Shown here: piece after piece, positions 1-13,510 of the stretch | How positions within the stretch are numbered: position 1 is the first letter of the stretch | Layout: every line of letters begins with the position of its first letter | Origin: Folioceros fuciformis | Lineage: Eukaryota | Direction of reading: 5' to 3' | DNA: 60,237 nucleotides | Assembly: GCA_049999805.1 (NCBI GenBank) | Contig: JBNGIO010006336.1 | Coordinates: 86,110 to 146,346 of the forward strand | The notes under the pieces: generated by a model | Told to the model about the DNA's origin: nothing | The model's database searches: none | The model's input: only the letters and a program-made list of their open reading frames with translations | Translations under genes and position numbers: made by a program

Positions 1-3000
1 CGGCGTCTTCTTCAACTTCTTCGACCTTAACAAGCGGCTGCAAGGGTCCCGTCTCTTCTCCAAGCGCCTTCCCGCAGGTGCGCATCATCTTCCGTTTTCA
101 AATGAATCATGTTTGCTCTGAGCTTAGCTAAGCTGAGCTGAGCTGAGCTGAGCTGAGCTGAGCCCGGGTTGTGGGTTTGAATGCTGCAGAGAGGCCGAGC
201 AGGGAGAAGGAGGCCAAGGCTGGCAGAGACGACAGCCTCATTGCCGCCAAGCTGCTGCTGGTACGACCGTGGCAGCTCGCATTGCTTTGCCCTCGCATTT
301 TCCGCGTGTTGCGTTCCGTTGGCGTGCAATGTTCGAGCTTGCGTGGACTGAATTGCACCGTTGTCTTATCGTTGCGGTGCAGATTGCGGACGAGAACAGG
401 TCCGTTCCGTCCAGCAAGAAGGCTTCTCCGGAGAAGGCCAAGAGCTCCAAGCAGGGATCGGCGCCTGCGCCTGCGCCTGTGAGCTGCAGTAGCACTGGCA
501 AGGATGGAGTCGTGGCGGTTTCGCCTCCGAAACGAGTGCCAGGCGTTGTGGCACGGCTCATGGGCTTGGAGTCGTTGCCCTCCACCGGCGACACGCGCAG
601 CACCAGCTCAGGCAGAATTGCGGATTGTTCGCATCCCTCCTGTGCACCTCTGTCTCCGAAGTGGCAGCAGCAGCAGCAGCAACAGGAAGCTTGTACCCGC
701 CCAAATTCCGCAGGAGACAGGGATCGGAGCAAGATGTCGTGCAAAGGGAAGGTGCCGACTTCCGTTCGGAGAACATCTCCATCTCCATCTGTTTCTCCTT
801 CTTCAGCCGGAGAACGGAAGTTGCAGTCTCCTCATTCTTCGTCTTCGGCTGGGATGGGGAAGGGAAGGAAGGCTGTGGTTACGGTCGCGGCCGTGGCCGC
901 GGCCTCAGCCTCGGCCTCGACTTTGCATGTGCAGGCGACCGAGCTTGGTCCTAAGAGATCCCCAAGGCACCACATGCACCATCAGCACACGGCTGCTGTC
1001 GACAGTCGATCCAGTTACAGCAGCGACTCGAGGTTCTGTGAGTCCAGTGGGTTGTCAGCAATGGATGTGGATCCTGTCCTGACGTGCAGCACCAAACCTG
1101 TTCTTGCTGCTGCTGGCTGCAAGGGTGCTGGAGTGGTCCAGGAGGACATGAAGGCTGGCCTGCCCAAATCCAATCCCAGCTCTCCCCGGCGCCCCATTCT
1201 GCTGCCGTCCAAGAACAACAAGAAGCTATCATCCCCAATTCGGAGCCCCACCAGGATGGGGAGCAAGAGTGCAGCCATTCTGCTGGAAGCTGCGCAGAAG
1301 TTCCTGGAGCCCAACAACGTGAAGGGGAGGGTGGCGGGCCGTCCTTCTCCCGTCAAGCCTTTCCAGGACTCTGACAGTGCGGGCCTTGGCCCTGGGGGAA
1401 GGCGGACTTTGGATTTCAGGGGAATCAGCAGCGGTAGCGAATGGTGGGAACAGAATGAAGATGGAGATAGTGGCGGGAGCAGGAGGCGAGTAGGGTCCTC
1501 ATCTCCGGGACTCAGACCCCAAAACGTCCTGGGCATGCACTCTGTGGTCACGCTGCGTCCTTGCTCGCCTGTCCCCTCCGACAGGCAGTTTGGTGGCAAT
1601 AATGGTGCTGGAGCTGGACATGCGATGAGAACCCGGGGTCTTGATGGGGTTGGCGAGGTAGATGAGGGCAGGTCCCAGGTACCCATAGCCAGAGCCATCC
1701 TTTTTGGTACAACTTCACCAACACGAAAGCGACTGGGGCACCTTGCCGATGTCGATGCCATTCCCACACCTTCTACTTCCTTCCGGGTGCAGGCGGCCAG
1801 GGACACGGATTTCGAAGCGGTTTTGTCTCGATACCAGGATCCTCCTAAGGTGGAAATGGGCAGGAAGAAGGAGAAGGAGATGTTCGGGAAGTACAACCAG
1901 CTGGGGAAGATGACAGCAGAGCAGAAGTCGGAGCTTGTGCGGAGCCTGAGTGTGACGGACCAGACTGAGGCTCTGCACCGGAGCGGGAGCGTCAAGGAGA
2001 AGGTGTCGTCCAAGGTGGGCTCCCTTCTCCGGAGCAAGAGTGCGAGGGAGGACAAGAAACTGGTGAAGCAAGCTCAGTTTGCGGAGGGTCAGTCTCAGCA
2101 GCAGCAGCAGCAGCAGTTGAAGGGGAATGGTCATGGGGTTGACAAATCGGGTCGTGTCCCAGTCCAGCGTCAGTCTTTGACCGGCGCTGGAAATTCCAAG
2201 GCTTTCCCTGGGACGACAGGGGCTTCCAGCCCATATGTAACAGCAGGAAAGGTGGAATCTGGCAAGCAGGATAGTGCCGGAGCTCGAGCTATGAAGGTGC
2301 TCCGAGGGAAGCCTGGCGGAAGAGCCAGGCAGGAGCTGGAGGAGGACGCCCAGGAGTGCAATGACGTGAGCCCGCCAACTGTTGAGAGTAGTGTGTTTCC
2401 TGCAGCAGTAGGGGATGCTGACATGCCTACTTACCTCTCGCCTGGCTCCTCCTCGGAGTCCCAGGGAGGTTCTGAGGGGAGCACTTCTGGTGGCGGAAGA
2501 GGGATCTTGAGCTACAGCAGGCTTTTCAGGGGGCGGAAAGAGGGGCATGGTGATGGTGAGGAGGAGCAGAGCCCCAAGTCGTCTCACTCTGTGAGGTCTC
2601 TCTTCAGGCGGAAGTCCACATCCCCGGAAGTTTCTGCTCCGGTTGTGCTTCGGAGAGGTTCGAAGCGAATTCAGGCTGACATGAAGGTGCCTGGGGCTGG
2701 GCAGGCCTTAAGTATGTCGTTCGATCTGGATGCGGAGGGATTTGAGAGAGGGTTATCGTTCGACATGGGGAAGCTTCCTCTAGGCTGTCTCGTCAGCGAG
2801 CTCGCAGATGTGTTAGAGTGTAAGGACAAGAACACGACCTCGGAGGAGAGATATCTCGGTCCCTCCACGAATACAGCTGCCCTCGACCCTGTTGATGCAG
2901 ATGACACCATCCAGCTCAGGGAGACTTGTCGGGGAGGAGGACAGAGTGCTACCAGATCGTTTCAGCTACCGGACACGGATAGGTTTGAAGAGAAGACAAT

Positions 3001-4690
3001 CGACCAGGATTACCAAAGGCGGAAATCTCAGGCCAGGCTCACGAGGGCGCTGCAACGTGGTGCTGTGACTCAATTCAGGGGGGATGTCTTCAAGTACGAT
3101 TTTAGTGTGGATGCCACCATGGAAGAAGAGGAGCCTGAAAAGATGTTTGCAGCATACATCAAGTCCGGCATCATCGAGGAGTTCACCATGGAGAGCATGT
3201 TCCAGCAAGACGAGCCTGACAAGAATTTTGCTGGATACATTGCTGCGTCCGACGCCATGATGGATCAGGATCTTGTCTGCCACAGTCTTTCTCTCTCAGA
3301 TGATACTGCTTTGGATACGGATGGGGTCCGAGCCGAAAAGGATGCCATCTGCGTCCTGACTGCAAACAGCCAACTGCTCGACAACCTTAAGGTACGCGTT
3401 GTGGCCAAACCAGTGATATCAGTGTGAGCTGTATCTTCTCTATTTTTTTATGTCTGTCTCTGGCTGACGTATCTGTTCAATCTTGCTTGCTCGTTTGCAG
3501 CCGTCAAGCATCAGCTTTGATATTGGCTCGTACGGGTCAGGCAGCCCCTTGGCTGTACCGTTTGTAAAGAGCCGGGTGTTTCTGTCTGACGAGCATGGTG
3601 ATCCAACAGAAGCAGCTCGGAAATCCGCATGCAGTGATGACATCGGGCAGCCGAGTCCCGTGTCTCCTCTGGAAGCTCCTTTCCAAGACGAGGCTCAAGA
3701 TGCAGCGTCTCAAGAAGGGTCGTCTCCAAAGGCCTCACACGGCTTCGTGGTCCCTCTGGATGAGCTTGAAGGTAAACATCTTCCTCTGCTGCCCACAGCC
3801 AGAACCTGCATTTGCCTGCAGTCTTCCCCTCAATCTGATCCTTACTCCGAAAACTTCAATGTGTTTGTGCAGAGCGGAAGGCAGTTCTGAGCACAGGGGT
3901 GGACGACTCCACAGCCAGCCACCATGGGGCCGAAAAGGAGCAGCAGAGCAAAGTTGATGGGTCGTCTGCACCCATAGAGACGGCCAGCATCTTGGAAGCC
4001 ATCCTGGACCTCTCCCGCATTCGCCAGATCGACCTTGAAGACATAGGCATTGTGGAAGGGGTTGCAGCAGGAGCAAGAGCAGATGATACAGAGGACGAGG
4101 ACCAGGCCTACATTACGGACATCCTCACCAAGTCCAAGTTCCTGGAGAAGGAACCATCTACATGGTTCTCACAGACGCTGCCAATCAACCCTGATGTCTT
4201 TACCCAGCTGGAGAATCAGGAGCGATCCTGGAGCGAAACAGATTCTTGCAGAGCAGACAGCTCTGTAGCAGACAGCGACGCCACCAGCTGCTCCAGAAGT
4301 GACCTCAAGCTTTTGCAGGTACAATGGCTGGACCGCAAGCTGTTTTTCGACTGTGTGAATGAGGCTGTGTACGAGAGGCTGTCAGAGTACAGCATGGGCG
4401 AACCATGGGTGAGAAAACAGGTCCTGCGTGCGGTTCCTGCACCCACCGGGAAGCAGCTTGTGAAGCAGGTATGTGAGCAGGTGAGCCAGTGGAGGAACAT
4501 GGATGTGGAAAGCGTGGAAACGTTGATCCTGTATGACATGAGCCACGGCAGTGGACAGTGGACGGATTTAGGGCGTGAGGTTAGGGAAATAGGACTAGAA
4601 ATAGAACGTCACATTTTCAGAGTGATGATCGAAGAGCTCGTGAAGGAAAGACTAGGTAATGTTCTTGCAGACCTCCATTGTAATTCGTGA
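1..4690 (+). CDS. TON1-recruiting motif (TRM)/LONGIFOLIA-family protein; 5' end lies outside the window. Inferred exons <1-77, 190-260, 383-3391, 3501-3771, 3873-4690
   Basis: The spliced reading gives GVFFNFFDLNKRL..LFSKRLP and LLL|IADENR, the PGVVARLMGLESLP motif, the QPSPVSPLE motif and a DUF4378-like C-terminus (DRKLFFDCVNE...W.D..REVREIGLEIERHIFRVMIEELV). GT-AG junction phases are consistent. The ORF-track start at 269 lies in an intron. Confidence 0.9.
121..163. repeat. (AGCTG)n pentanucleotide microsatellite in a TRM intron
   Basis: Six perfect AGCTG copies at 131-160 plus degenerate flanking copies. Confidence 0.95.
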
Positions 4691-4874
4691 CTGTCATTTG
4701 CGCTTTTGTACATTACAACTGTGACAGAGTAGGTAGAACAACGGCAACCAATTTTCCTGGTGCTGGGAAGGGCACTGTGTAGAGATTAGATCATGCTTTG
4801 ACATGACGTGGAGAAAAAACTGGGCAAAAATTGGACGCATACACGGCCTTTTGGTTCTGAAGAAGCCGTATTTG

Positions 4875-7529
4875 CTAATAGTGATCTCCGCAAGAGCAGG
4901 CCCCATCTTTGAATCGGTGGACTCGGTGTGAATCTCTGATAGTGATTTCTCTCCTCTCGATTCTGGAGATGAACTTCGTTCCTCCATGGCAGTTATTGCA
5001 CATTCGGAGATCCTTGGTGATGAGCAGACCAGTACCTTCGGGTGTGTTGAGTATACCGAATGACAAGGCCAGCTTCTCAGCATGTCCACACAAAGCATCC
5101 TCCCTCCGCTGATCAGGCTTCAGCAACGAGTCCACTCTCGGGACAAACCCCTCCTCTTTCATCTGGAGACCCAGACTCCTGAGCTTTGTGTAAGCTGAAT
5201 CACTCATTTCGAAGCCTGTATCTCCAACAACAAACTCATGCACCTTGTTGTTTACTTCGATGGAGGCCCTTGCGGGTTTCTTCTGGGCACCTGCGTCCTT
5301 TCGTAGGTTCTCTATCTCTTCGACTTCCTCCCATCTGCTGGCCTCCACGTACATGTTGGTCATGAGAACATAAGCAGAAGCCTCCTGGGGATTCATCCTC
5401 ACAAGTCGGTCGAAGCATTGCCTTCCCAGTTCCACGTTGCCATGTGACTTGCACGCATTCAACAAAGACGTCCAACCGACACTGTCGGCCTTGAACGGCA
5501 TGGACTGCAGCAGAGATTCTGCGTCTTGTAAGCATCCTGATCGTCCAAGGAGATCAACCATGCAGTTGTAGTGCTCAACTGAGGGCCTGATGCCGTAGGC
5601 TTCTTGCATGAGCTTAAAGTACTGCTGACCCTCACTGACCAGGCCTACGTGGCTGCAGGCCACGAGCAGGCAGGTGAAGGTCGACGCATTGGGCTCAAAC
5701 CCCTGTTCGAGCATCTTGTCAAAACATTGCAGAGCCAGTTGACCTTGACTGTGCTGGCCATAGCCATTTACCAGCGTATTCCATGTTGCTGTATCCCTTG
5801 TTTGCAGACTGTCGAACGCTGTCTGAGCCTCTTCCAGTCTCCCACATTTCACATACATATCCACCAGGCTGTTTCCAACGATGACGTCTGTCAAAAGTCC
5901 CCTTTTCAGTACCTGAGCATGGATTTGTTTGCCTGCTTGGAGGGCCCCCTTGGTGCCACATGCTTGTAAAGCACTAACAAATGTGACATTATCGGGAAGC
6001 TTGCCATCCTTCTGCATCCTGTCATACAATTCAAGAGCCTCCTGGCCAAACCCCTGCTGGGCATAGCCCGTGATCATAGCAGTCCAGGTCACGACATTCT
6101 TGGAAGGCAAACTGTCAAACACTCCACGAGCTTCCTCCAAGCACTTGCATTTCACATACATGTTCATGAGAGCCGTTCCAACAAAAACGTCGGCCTCAAG
6201 TCCCCTCTCCCTAATCTGATCATGGATCTCCCTACCTTCCTCTACTCTGCCAATGCTGCCACATCCTGTCAGGATGCTGACAAATGTGACATTGTTTGGC
6301 ACTATGCCTGACTGCTGCATCTTGTCAAATAGTTCCAGCGCTTCTTCGCCAAGGCCACGCTGTGCATATCCTGCAATCATGGCATTCCAAGTCACCAGAT
6401 TCCTGGTCGACAAGGTGTCAAACACTCGGCGAGCATCCACCAGGCTCCCACATCTAGCGTACATGTCCACCAAGGTATTCCCAACAAACACATTGGACTC
6501 AAACCCACTCGCCAACACGTCTGCATGTACCAGCTTCCCCGACGTTAAATCCCCTGCTCCTCCACAAGCTTTCAGCACAGCCACAAAGATATAATCATTC
6601 GGTTTTATCCCCACCTCGTGCATCCGCTGGTAGATTTTCAGCGACTGGTCAGCTTGCCCATGCTCCCCGTTTGCAGAGATAATGGAAGCCCATGCAAACG
6701 TATCTGGTGCCGGCAACTTGCTGAAAACCTGGTTTGCTTCCACCAGACACCCATGAGAAGCATACATGCGAATGACCTGGTTCCCCAAGAAGGTGCTCTG
6801 CTCGAGCCCACTCAGCACCGTGAGAGCGTGCACACGTCTGCCAATCGCCAAATTCTTCTGTGCGATACACCCTCTCAACAGCAGATACAACATGTGCGGG
6901 GAGACGAACACTCCTTTTGCAGCAATATACTCCAGGGTCTGGAATGCCTCATCGAGCTCTCCCTCATCACACAACTTGCTCAGAAGGGCTTCAAACCCCT
7001 CAGTCGACTGAACAGCATTGCCCCCATTCGCCGCCAACAACCTGCAGATGATAAACCATTAAGAAGGGCAAGAACCTAAAGTCCAATCTGCTCTCATCAA
7101 GCTAGAACGAATATCCACACACCTGCTTTGTCCAAACCCAGTGTCCTCCTTTGGTGTTCCGTGCACAGACTCCAAAAAGCCCTTCACCTGAGATGACGAC
7201 GATCATCCACCATTAATCCTCATCCAAAACACATGATGTGCCAGAACTCCGTCTCTACCAAAGCCTTCTTTCTCACCTTGCTGGACCCATCAGGCAACCA
7301 ATTCGGAGGAGAAGCGGGCACCGGCCGTTCCCTCAATTTCCCCCCTGCTCATGCTCATGCAGAACCAGAACCCATGAGCAAAAATCCGAGAGGAAAACAA
7401 TAACCAGAGATACTCACTTCAATGACTGACTCCCTCACCTGGCGTACTGCCTGTTCCCAGGCTGGAAACTCCCCTGCACCATCCTCCTGCAAATATGAAC
7501 CTGGTGCCCTGGTGCCCAGTTCTCCTCAT
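4875..7529 (-). CDS. PLS-class PPR protein with E1/E2 and DYW:KP domain (candidate U-to-C editing factor), ends ...CSCGDHY. Main exon 4875-~7041 plus three small 5' exons; start at 7529 (alternative 7664)
   Basis: P-L-S repeats with 4 MY..CG-type S motifs, KKPARASIE box, HAEKLA, CNNCH. Upstream exons MRRTGHQGTRFIFAGGWCRGVSSL / GKLRERP..SK / VKGFLESV..QSR splice in phase and resemble an organellar targeting peptide. Confidence 0.9.
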
Positions 7530-8401
7530 CACCACAATGAAACCGGAACCAGAAGCAGGCAATCCGGTCCGTACAGTGAGGGGGACGGTTGGCAAGCCAT
7601 CACCCGTGGCAGCGGGAAAGGAAAGGTGGAAATTGACGGGTAGAGGAAGAAACCCACATCTCATTCCTGTCCAAGTCCACTTTAATCGACACACGCACGA
7701 ATTCCCTTTTCACTTTCTACCAGGAGACACGAACACTCTCGCACACGAGATTACAGTCCATCTGCGCAGACGTGGCAGCCGTTTAGGCTTTTGCCCACAG
7801 GACAGCGGGGAAACTTCTTCGCTGGTGTGTAACTCTCTGCCCCACAGCTCATTCCCATCAGGCAGCACCTGGGCCGGAGTCTGTACCTCGGTTCGATCTC
7901 CTCAGCCAGACCAGCCCAGCCCTGCCATGTGCTTGACTTGAGTCTGCGCGTGACTGACCTCATTTTCCCCGTTGCCTGCGTACTCGCTGTGAGCTGCCAG
8001 CTGCTGGACGGGAATGTTGCGGACTGGCTGCTGAGCTACTTGTTGGTTCCGATCCAATTACTTTCGTCCTTCCGGACCTGCCGGTCCTCCCTTCTTCCTC
8101 GCAATCCTTTGTTCCGGGCTGAAATTTGCTGTTCCCTTGCTGGATCGATTGACATCAGAGTAGCACTAGCAGTAGCAGTAGCACAGCGAAGGGTATTCTT
8201 TTGCGTTGGGCTTGTTTCTCATTTTGTTGGGCGTGCGGATCCGTTGACCTTGCACAGGATGTGATGTGATTCCGGTGATGAGAAGTCGGAATTGATCGGA
8301 TGATCGGTATCTCTAAGTGACAACAGCAGCAAGACAAGGAGCAGCAGCAGCAGGGACGAGGAGGGCAGGAGAGCGGTAAAGCAGCAGCAGGAGGTGTAGG
8401 G

Positions 8402-10216
8402 ATGGCCCCGGTGCAGCGGAAGCTGCGGAAGGCTCTGGGGGCCGTGAAGGACCAGACTAGTATCGGGCTGGCCAAGGTGGCCAGCTCCCGTGCCCCGGAC
8501 CTGGACATTGCCGTGGTGAAGGCCACCAGCCATTCGGAGTCTCCGGTGGACGACAAGTATGTGCATGACCTGCTGCAGTTCATGTCCTACTCCCGGCAGT
8601 ATGCCACAGCCTGTGTAGGGGCCGTAGCCAGGCGGCTGAGCAAGACTCGGAACTGGGTTGTGGCACTCAAGTCCCTCATGCTGGTGCACCGGCTGCTGCG
8701 GGACGGGGAACCCAGTTTTGACGAGGAGTTCGTCCACGGTAATCGGGTCTTGCACATCCTTAACATGTCGGGGTTCAGGGATCATTCCAGCTCTAGTGCC
8801 TGGGATTACTCCGGGTTTGTGCGGACATACGCAATGTATCTGGATGAACGTTTGAGGAGCTTGCCTCCCAGATTGCAAGAAAACAAGAGTGGAGGACGAA
8901 GGGGACATGGGGAGTACCTTTCCAACGCGGGGGAACGGGAAGAGGACGCACGCAACTCCAAGAAAGAGCAGCAGCCCACCAACATCAAGGACATGAAACC
9001 AGAAGCCTTGCTGCAGAGACTGCCTGACCTGCAGCAGTTGCTAGAGCGGGTGATAGGATGCGGTCCCACTGGTGCTGCAAGGACGCATCGTCTTGTGCAG
9101 ATTGCCCTGTATTCTGTGGTCATCGAGAGCAGCCTGATATACGCCGATATATTTGATGGGGTCACCATTCTGCTGGATGGCTTTTTCGACTTGGAGTACA
9201 ACGACTCTGTAAAGGCCTTGGACATTTACAAGTTGTCGGCCAAGCAAGCTTCCAGCGTTGCCTCCTTCTATGGGCTGTGTAAGAACATCGGTATAGGTCG
9301 GCCTGTAGATTACCCCAATGTGCAGCCTGTGTCTCAGGACAGCTTGGACACGTTTGAGGAATACGTGAGGAACATGCCCAAGGGTCGGGGTAGACGGCGG
9401 AGCAGGAGCCCTGAGCCACAGGCTACGAGGGTGGATCCTCCCCCACAAGCAGATCCTGCCAAGCCCTTGGGTGACAAGGTTGAGAGGGCTCCCGAGTGGA
9501 CCAACGGGGGGACTGCACGGGAGCACAACAAGGGTGATGATCTCTTGAACATGGATGAACCAGCTATATCAGCGGATGAGCAGCACAACAGCCTAGCGTT
9601 GGCTCTGTTTTCGGAGTCCACATCCACGCCTACGCCCAAATGGGAACCCTTTGGCCCATCAACCGAGCAAGCAGGTCCTCCAAATGGGACAGCCACACCA
9701 GCAGAGTCAGAGACAGGACAGGCTGGGTGGGAGCTGGCTCTGGTGGAGGAATCAACAAACATTCGGGCTGCACACAGGGCCCAGATGGCTGGTGGGTTCG
9801 ACAACCTACTGCTGGAGAGCATGTACGAGCAGGGAGCAGCTGTGCAGCAGGCTGCGGTGGCCACCTCCTTCATCGGCGGCAGTGCCAGCAGTGTGGCTCT
9901 ACCCAACCGACCTGCCTCCTCCTTCTTGGCACTGCCAGCACCTCCTGGTGCGGGTCCACTACCCACAGCAGGAGGGGAGGACCCATTTGCGGCTTCAGCT
10001 GCCGTGCCCCCTCCTGCTTATGTGCAGATGGCAGACCTGGGGAAGAAGCAATCGTTGCTGCAGCAGGAGCAACTGGCATGGCAAAGGTATCAGGCGGATG
10101 GAATGCAGGGATATCACGGCTTCATGAGAGTAAACAACAACCCTTACCTGACAGGTTCACTTAGCTTCAACTCCAACCGCGGATTGCAGGGTCCAGGGCC
10201 TTATGCACACTACTAG
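8402..10216 (+). CDS. ANTH-domain clathrin assembly protein (AP180/PICALM family), single exon, 604 aa
   Basis: RKALGAVKDQTSIGLAKV, DIAVVKATSH, RLSKTRNWVVALKSLMLVHRLL, and C-terminal GWELALV, GGFDNLLLESMY, DPFAAS..VPPPAYVQM motifs. Confidence 0.95.
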   Translation: MAPVQRKLRKALGAVKDQTSIGLAKVASSRAPDLDIAVVKATSHSESPVDDKYVHDLLQFMSYSRQYATACVGAVARRLSKTRNWVVALKSLMLVHRLLRDGEPSFDEEFVHGNRVLHILNMSGFRDHSSSSAWDYSGFVRTYAMYLDERLRSLPPRLQENKSGGRRGHGEYLSNAGEREEDARNSKKEQQPTNIKDMKPEALLQRLPDLQQLLERVIGCGPTGAARTHRLVQIALYSVVIESSLIYADIFDGVTILLDGFFDLEYNDSVKALDIYKLSAKQASSVASFYGLCKNIGIGRPVDYPNVQPVSQDSLDTFEEYVRNMPKGRGRRRSRSPEPQATRVDPPPQADPAKPLGDKVERAPEWTNGGTAREHNKGDDLLNMDEPAISADEQHNSLALALFSESTSTPTPKWEPFGPSTEQAGPPNGTATPAESETGQAGWELALVEESTNIRAAHRAQMAGGFDNLLLESMYEQGAAVQQAAVATSFIGGSASSVALPNRPASSFLALPAPPGAGPLPTAGGEDPFAASAAVPPPAYVQMADLGKKQSLLQQEQLAWQRYQADGMQGYHGFMRVNNNPYLTGSLSFNSNRGLQGPGPYAHY

Positions 10217-10921
10217 TGTCCCAGACAAGGCTATGCAAGTGTTCTTTCATCGACTTCACCTCTGTCCATGGTTTGGACCCACCTCGTTCTGTCATGGGAT
10301 TTCTGGTGGGTTTACGGTTTTGAGAGATTCAGCTTTCTCTTTGATACTACATTGCTGCATTCGGTTTTCCCAGCGGCACTTGAGAGTTTTGTGGACATAA
10401 TTCATTCCATCACCAGTAGATACAGACCTTGACTGATTTCTTGTACTAAATTCTTCTACCACATAGTAGGGGTCTCTGAATTGCAGCAGTTGTTTGACCA
10501 TCTTATAAGTGGATGTCCCAGATGGACATGTGTACCTGCCTGAGACCAGGCTTCACGTATATTTCATGCTTGCATGATCGATGATTGACCGGGGCGACGA
10601 AGTTTAAGGCCATGTAAAATTCCTCACAGCCCAACAATGAGTGTTCTAAAATTCTCTACTCTGCCTACCTACCTACCTACCAACCTGTCATTTACAGCTT
10701 CACTGTCTACTAATCAGCTTAGCAAGATCAAGCCCCACCAGACAGACGAGTTTCTACTAGCTCCCAAGTCCCAGATGAAGGAAGTGCCGTGGTCTTCTCC
10801 CGAAAGCAACGCGTACCTCCACGCCGAAAGAGGACGCTTTGCATCTCCCTTGACAAATACTTAACTCTTGAAGCATGAAGAACTAGCTTCGGGTCTTGTG
10901 AGCTCGTGCTCTTAGCAATTT

Positions 10922-12723
10922 TCAAAGAGCAGCCCCAAGGTCGAAGTCCATTGTATGGTCGTATTGGATCGTGGGAATCACAGAGGCTACAAACTTGAGA
11001 AATAAGAAGAGGTACCTGCGAGATATCGTAGGAAACACAGAATGCTTAGACATGAGTACTAATCCACACGCCCAAGCCCTGAAATACCTACTTGATAATG
11101 ACTTACTTGTCAACTTCCGGGTCAACCCCTCTTGACATGAGACCATCGATCATCTTCTTCATAACAGCACCGTGCCGGCAGGGATGCACTGATGCGTGCT
11201 TTCCTGTGATGTGTGGATGATCCTCAATGGTAACCTAAGCACGATTCAAAACGGTCAGGTCAGGTCAGTCAACCCTTGGTAACCTCTTTTACACACGTAA
11301 GAAGTCATGGACAGCTGAAGAGGGAAAAGGTTGCAGACCGTCTTTCGAGCATGATCCTGACTGACATCCTCCAGCACGAGCTCAGGTTGCAGCAGCATGT
11401 GACTCTGCATACGCAGCATCTCCGTTGTTATTTTGAGTCCGTGAATTTAGCGACAAGAAGCAGAAAGGTCCTGCAGCCTGGCTTACCTCGTCATAGCCCG
11501 TCAACCAGACCCTTGGTGTTTGATAGTACTGATCATACCTGAAGAAGGTGAACAACCAAGAAGAAGTGAAAATCCAGGCAAGGCCAGAGAGTACAACCAC
11601 AGTACTAGAAGTCAAGCGCTGGAAAGAAGCTCACATACGTTATGGTAACGTCATAAGTGCGTGTGCGAAGAATGTTGTCATCGTCAGGCTCGTGAGCAAC
11701 CAAGTAGTTTGGTGGCAAGGTGGCCTGCAAAAAGTTTTTGCAAATTTTGGGCACAATGGTGCGAAAACAGCACAAGAAAGGGAGAAGACCAGGTGAGCGA
11801 CAACATGGTCAAGACAACACGACTCTGTGGATACATACCACATCCTCCATGTTCTGACTGCTCTCAAATTCCGACATGTCAGGGACATCATCGTCCTCAA
11901 CAGAAGCATAGCGTGGGATTATCCTGCTCCCCTGTCTCTGGACGCTCTCAGGTACAGTTTCCGAAACATTATCCAAATCCGCATCATCATCATCCATGGA
12001 CGGAAGATTCTCCTCGTCCCCCTTAGTTCCTATAACACCCGCTCTGTACGCAATGAGTGTCATCAACCACAAATAACATTGCAAAGTCTGGTGCATCAGC
12101 ACAGAATTGGTTCCACACCAGCAGTCACACGTCAACAAGAGCAGTGATACGAGGAAAATGGCAGTCACCTCGGGGAGCACCATGTGTCGCCCACCAGCCT
12201 CCATCATCGTCGTTATCCACCAGGACTTCTCCCCCTGCTGCTACATAGTCCTCCTCAACTGAAGCAGCCCTCTTAAAGCATGGCACTGCATTCCACGATG
12301 TAAAGTCAGCACGGGATCCGTACACCCAGCCCCTCCATGCAAACAGCTCATACAGCATACATATCCCCACAATACCTTACCATTCCGAGTGATTAGAAAC
12401 TGCTTGTCAGGATGCAAATACGACCTCCGCTTATTGGAATCACCCGACTCCCTACAAAGGAAGCAACAGCAGCTCCAATGAAATTTTGCAACGCCTTAGA
12501 CAGAAGCACTTGGAAGGAGGAATAATTGGAATATTCGTCACTAGCAGTGGAGAAGCACTGACCAGGCCCACGTCGGGCACTTGGCCACCAGATTGTCTCC
12601 TGCTTGGATGAACTCCTCGGGAGTGAGGACACCCTTCTCCTTGAAGGCTGACACGGAGCGCGGTGCCGTGATCCTCTCCACAGCAACCTTAAATGCATCA
12701 TGGATCTTCTGCGACAACACCAT
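10922..12723 (-). CDS. ATG3: Autophagy E2-like conjugating enzyme ATG3, multi-exon
   Basis: Exon peptides [58 protein letters not shown], catalytic [15 protein letters not shown] (~11150-11200), [26 protein letters not shown]. Confidence 0.95.
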
Positions 12724-13510
12724 CCTGCCTGGATGAGGCAGCGCTCAGATTCCCCTGGCCTTCCGCTTGCAGGGTCCGCAGAGCTCCAGGGCCGCAGCAG
12801 CAAACCCTCTCCTTTACCTTTGCTCACCAGTCTAGTGCTCCGGCCACAGGATTCGAGATTTTCCAACAGGATTCCGCCCGTGCAGATGAGGAGATACTAG
12901 GGTTTGTGGTGTCCGCCTGCGTCGTGCCCTGCCCGCGCCCTTTCCACTCGCGCTTTGTTTGGGACTGTGTGTGTTGTGTCTTGCTGTCTCCTTGCACGAT
13001 GTTCCCATTTATGAATGTTGTACAAAACACACAAGGTTAGTGCTAAAGGGAGCCCTGCAGGCTTTACTAGCCAATTACGCCTCTTGGCTCTCTTATTACG
13101 GGGCTTCATTTATTTCCAGTGCATATCAAGATGTTGCTTTTAGGAATCCTGCATCTTCATATGCATGTGCATACATACATGTGTAGATAGCCACTATGTA
13201 CAGTAGTTGATCGATCAGATGGGTGCCCGGAAGGAGTCGATGGCCTCCCTACATATGGACCGAAGTCCGAGAACAAGAGTTGCTGCCCTTTTCGATGTGA
13301 AAGAAAATCGCCCGCCCTAAGGAAAGCGTGAGACGCCATTTGCCTTTGCCATTTCGCCGCCTTTTGCCTTCTCCACTGAAAGACGTTAATGCGTGCCAAG
13401 ATGGAAGCTCTTCCCTGGCTTGCAACCGCAGTGTCGATTGGGATTCACGACCCGATGGAATCTCTCACCACGCCTGCACCCAGACTGCGGATCGGGGCTC
13501 AAGACTCGCA

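Noticed and set aside
269-382. ORF-track N-terminus MAARIALPSH... of the 1052-aa ORF
   Set aside because: It lies in intron 261-382. Upstream exons supply the conserved TRM N-terminal motif.
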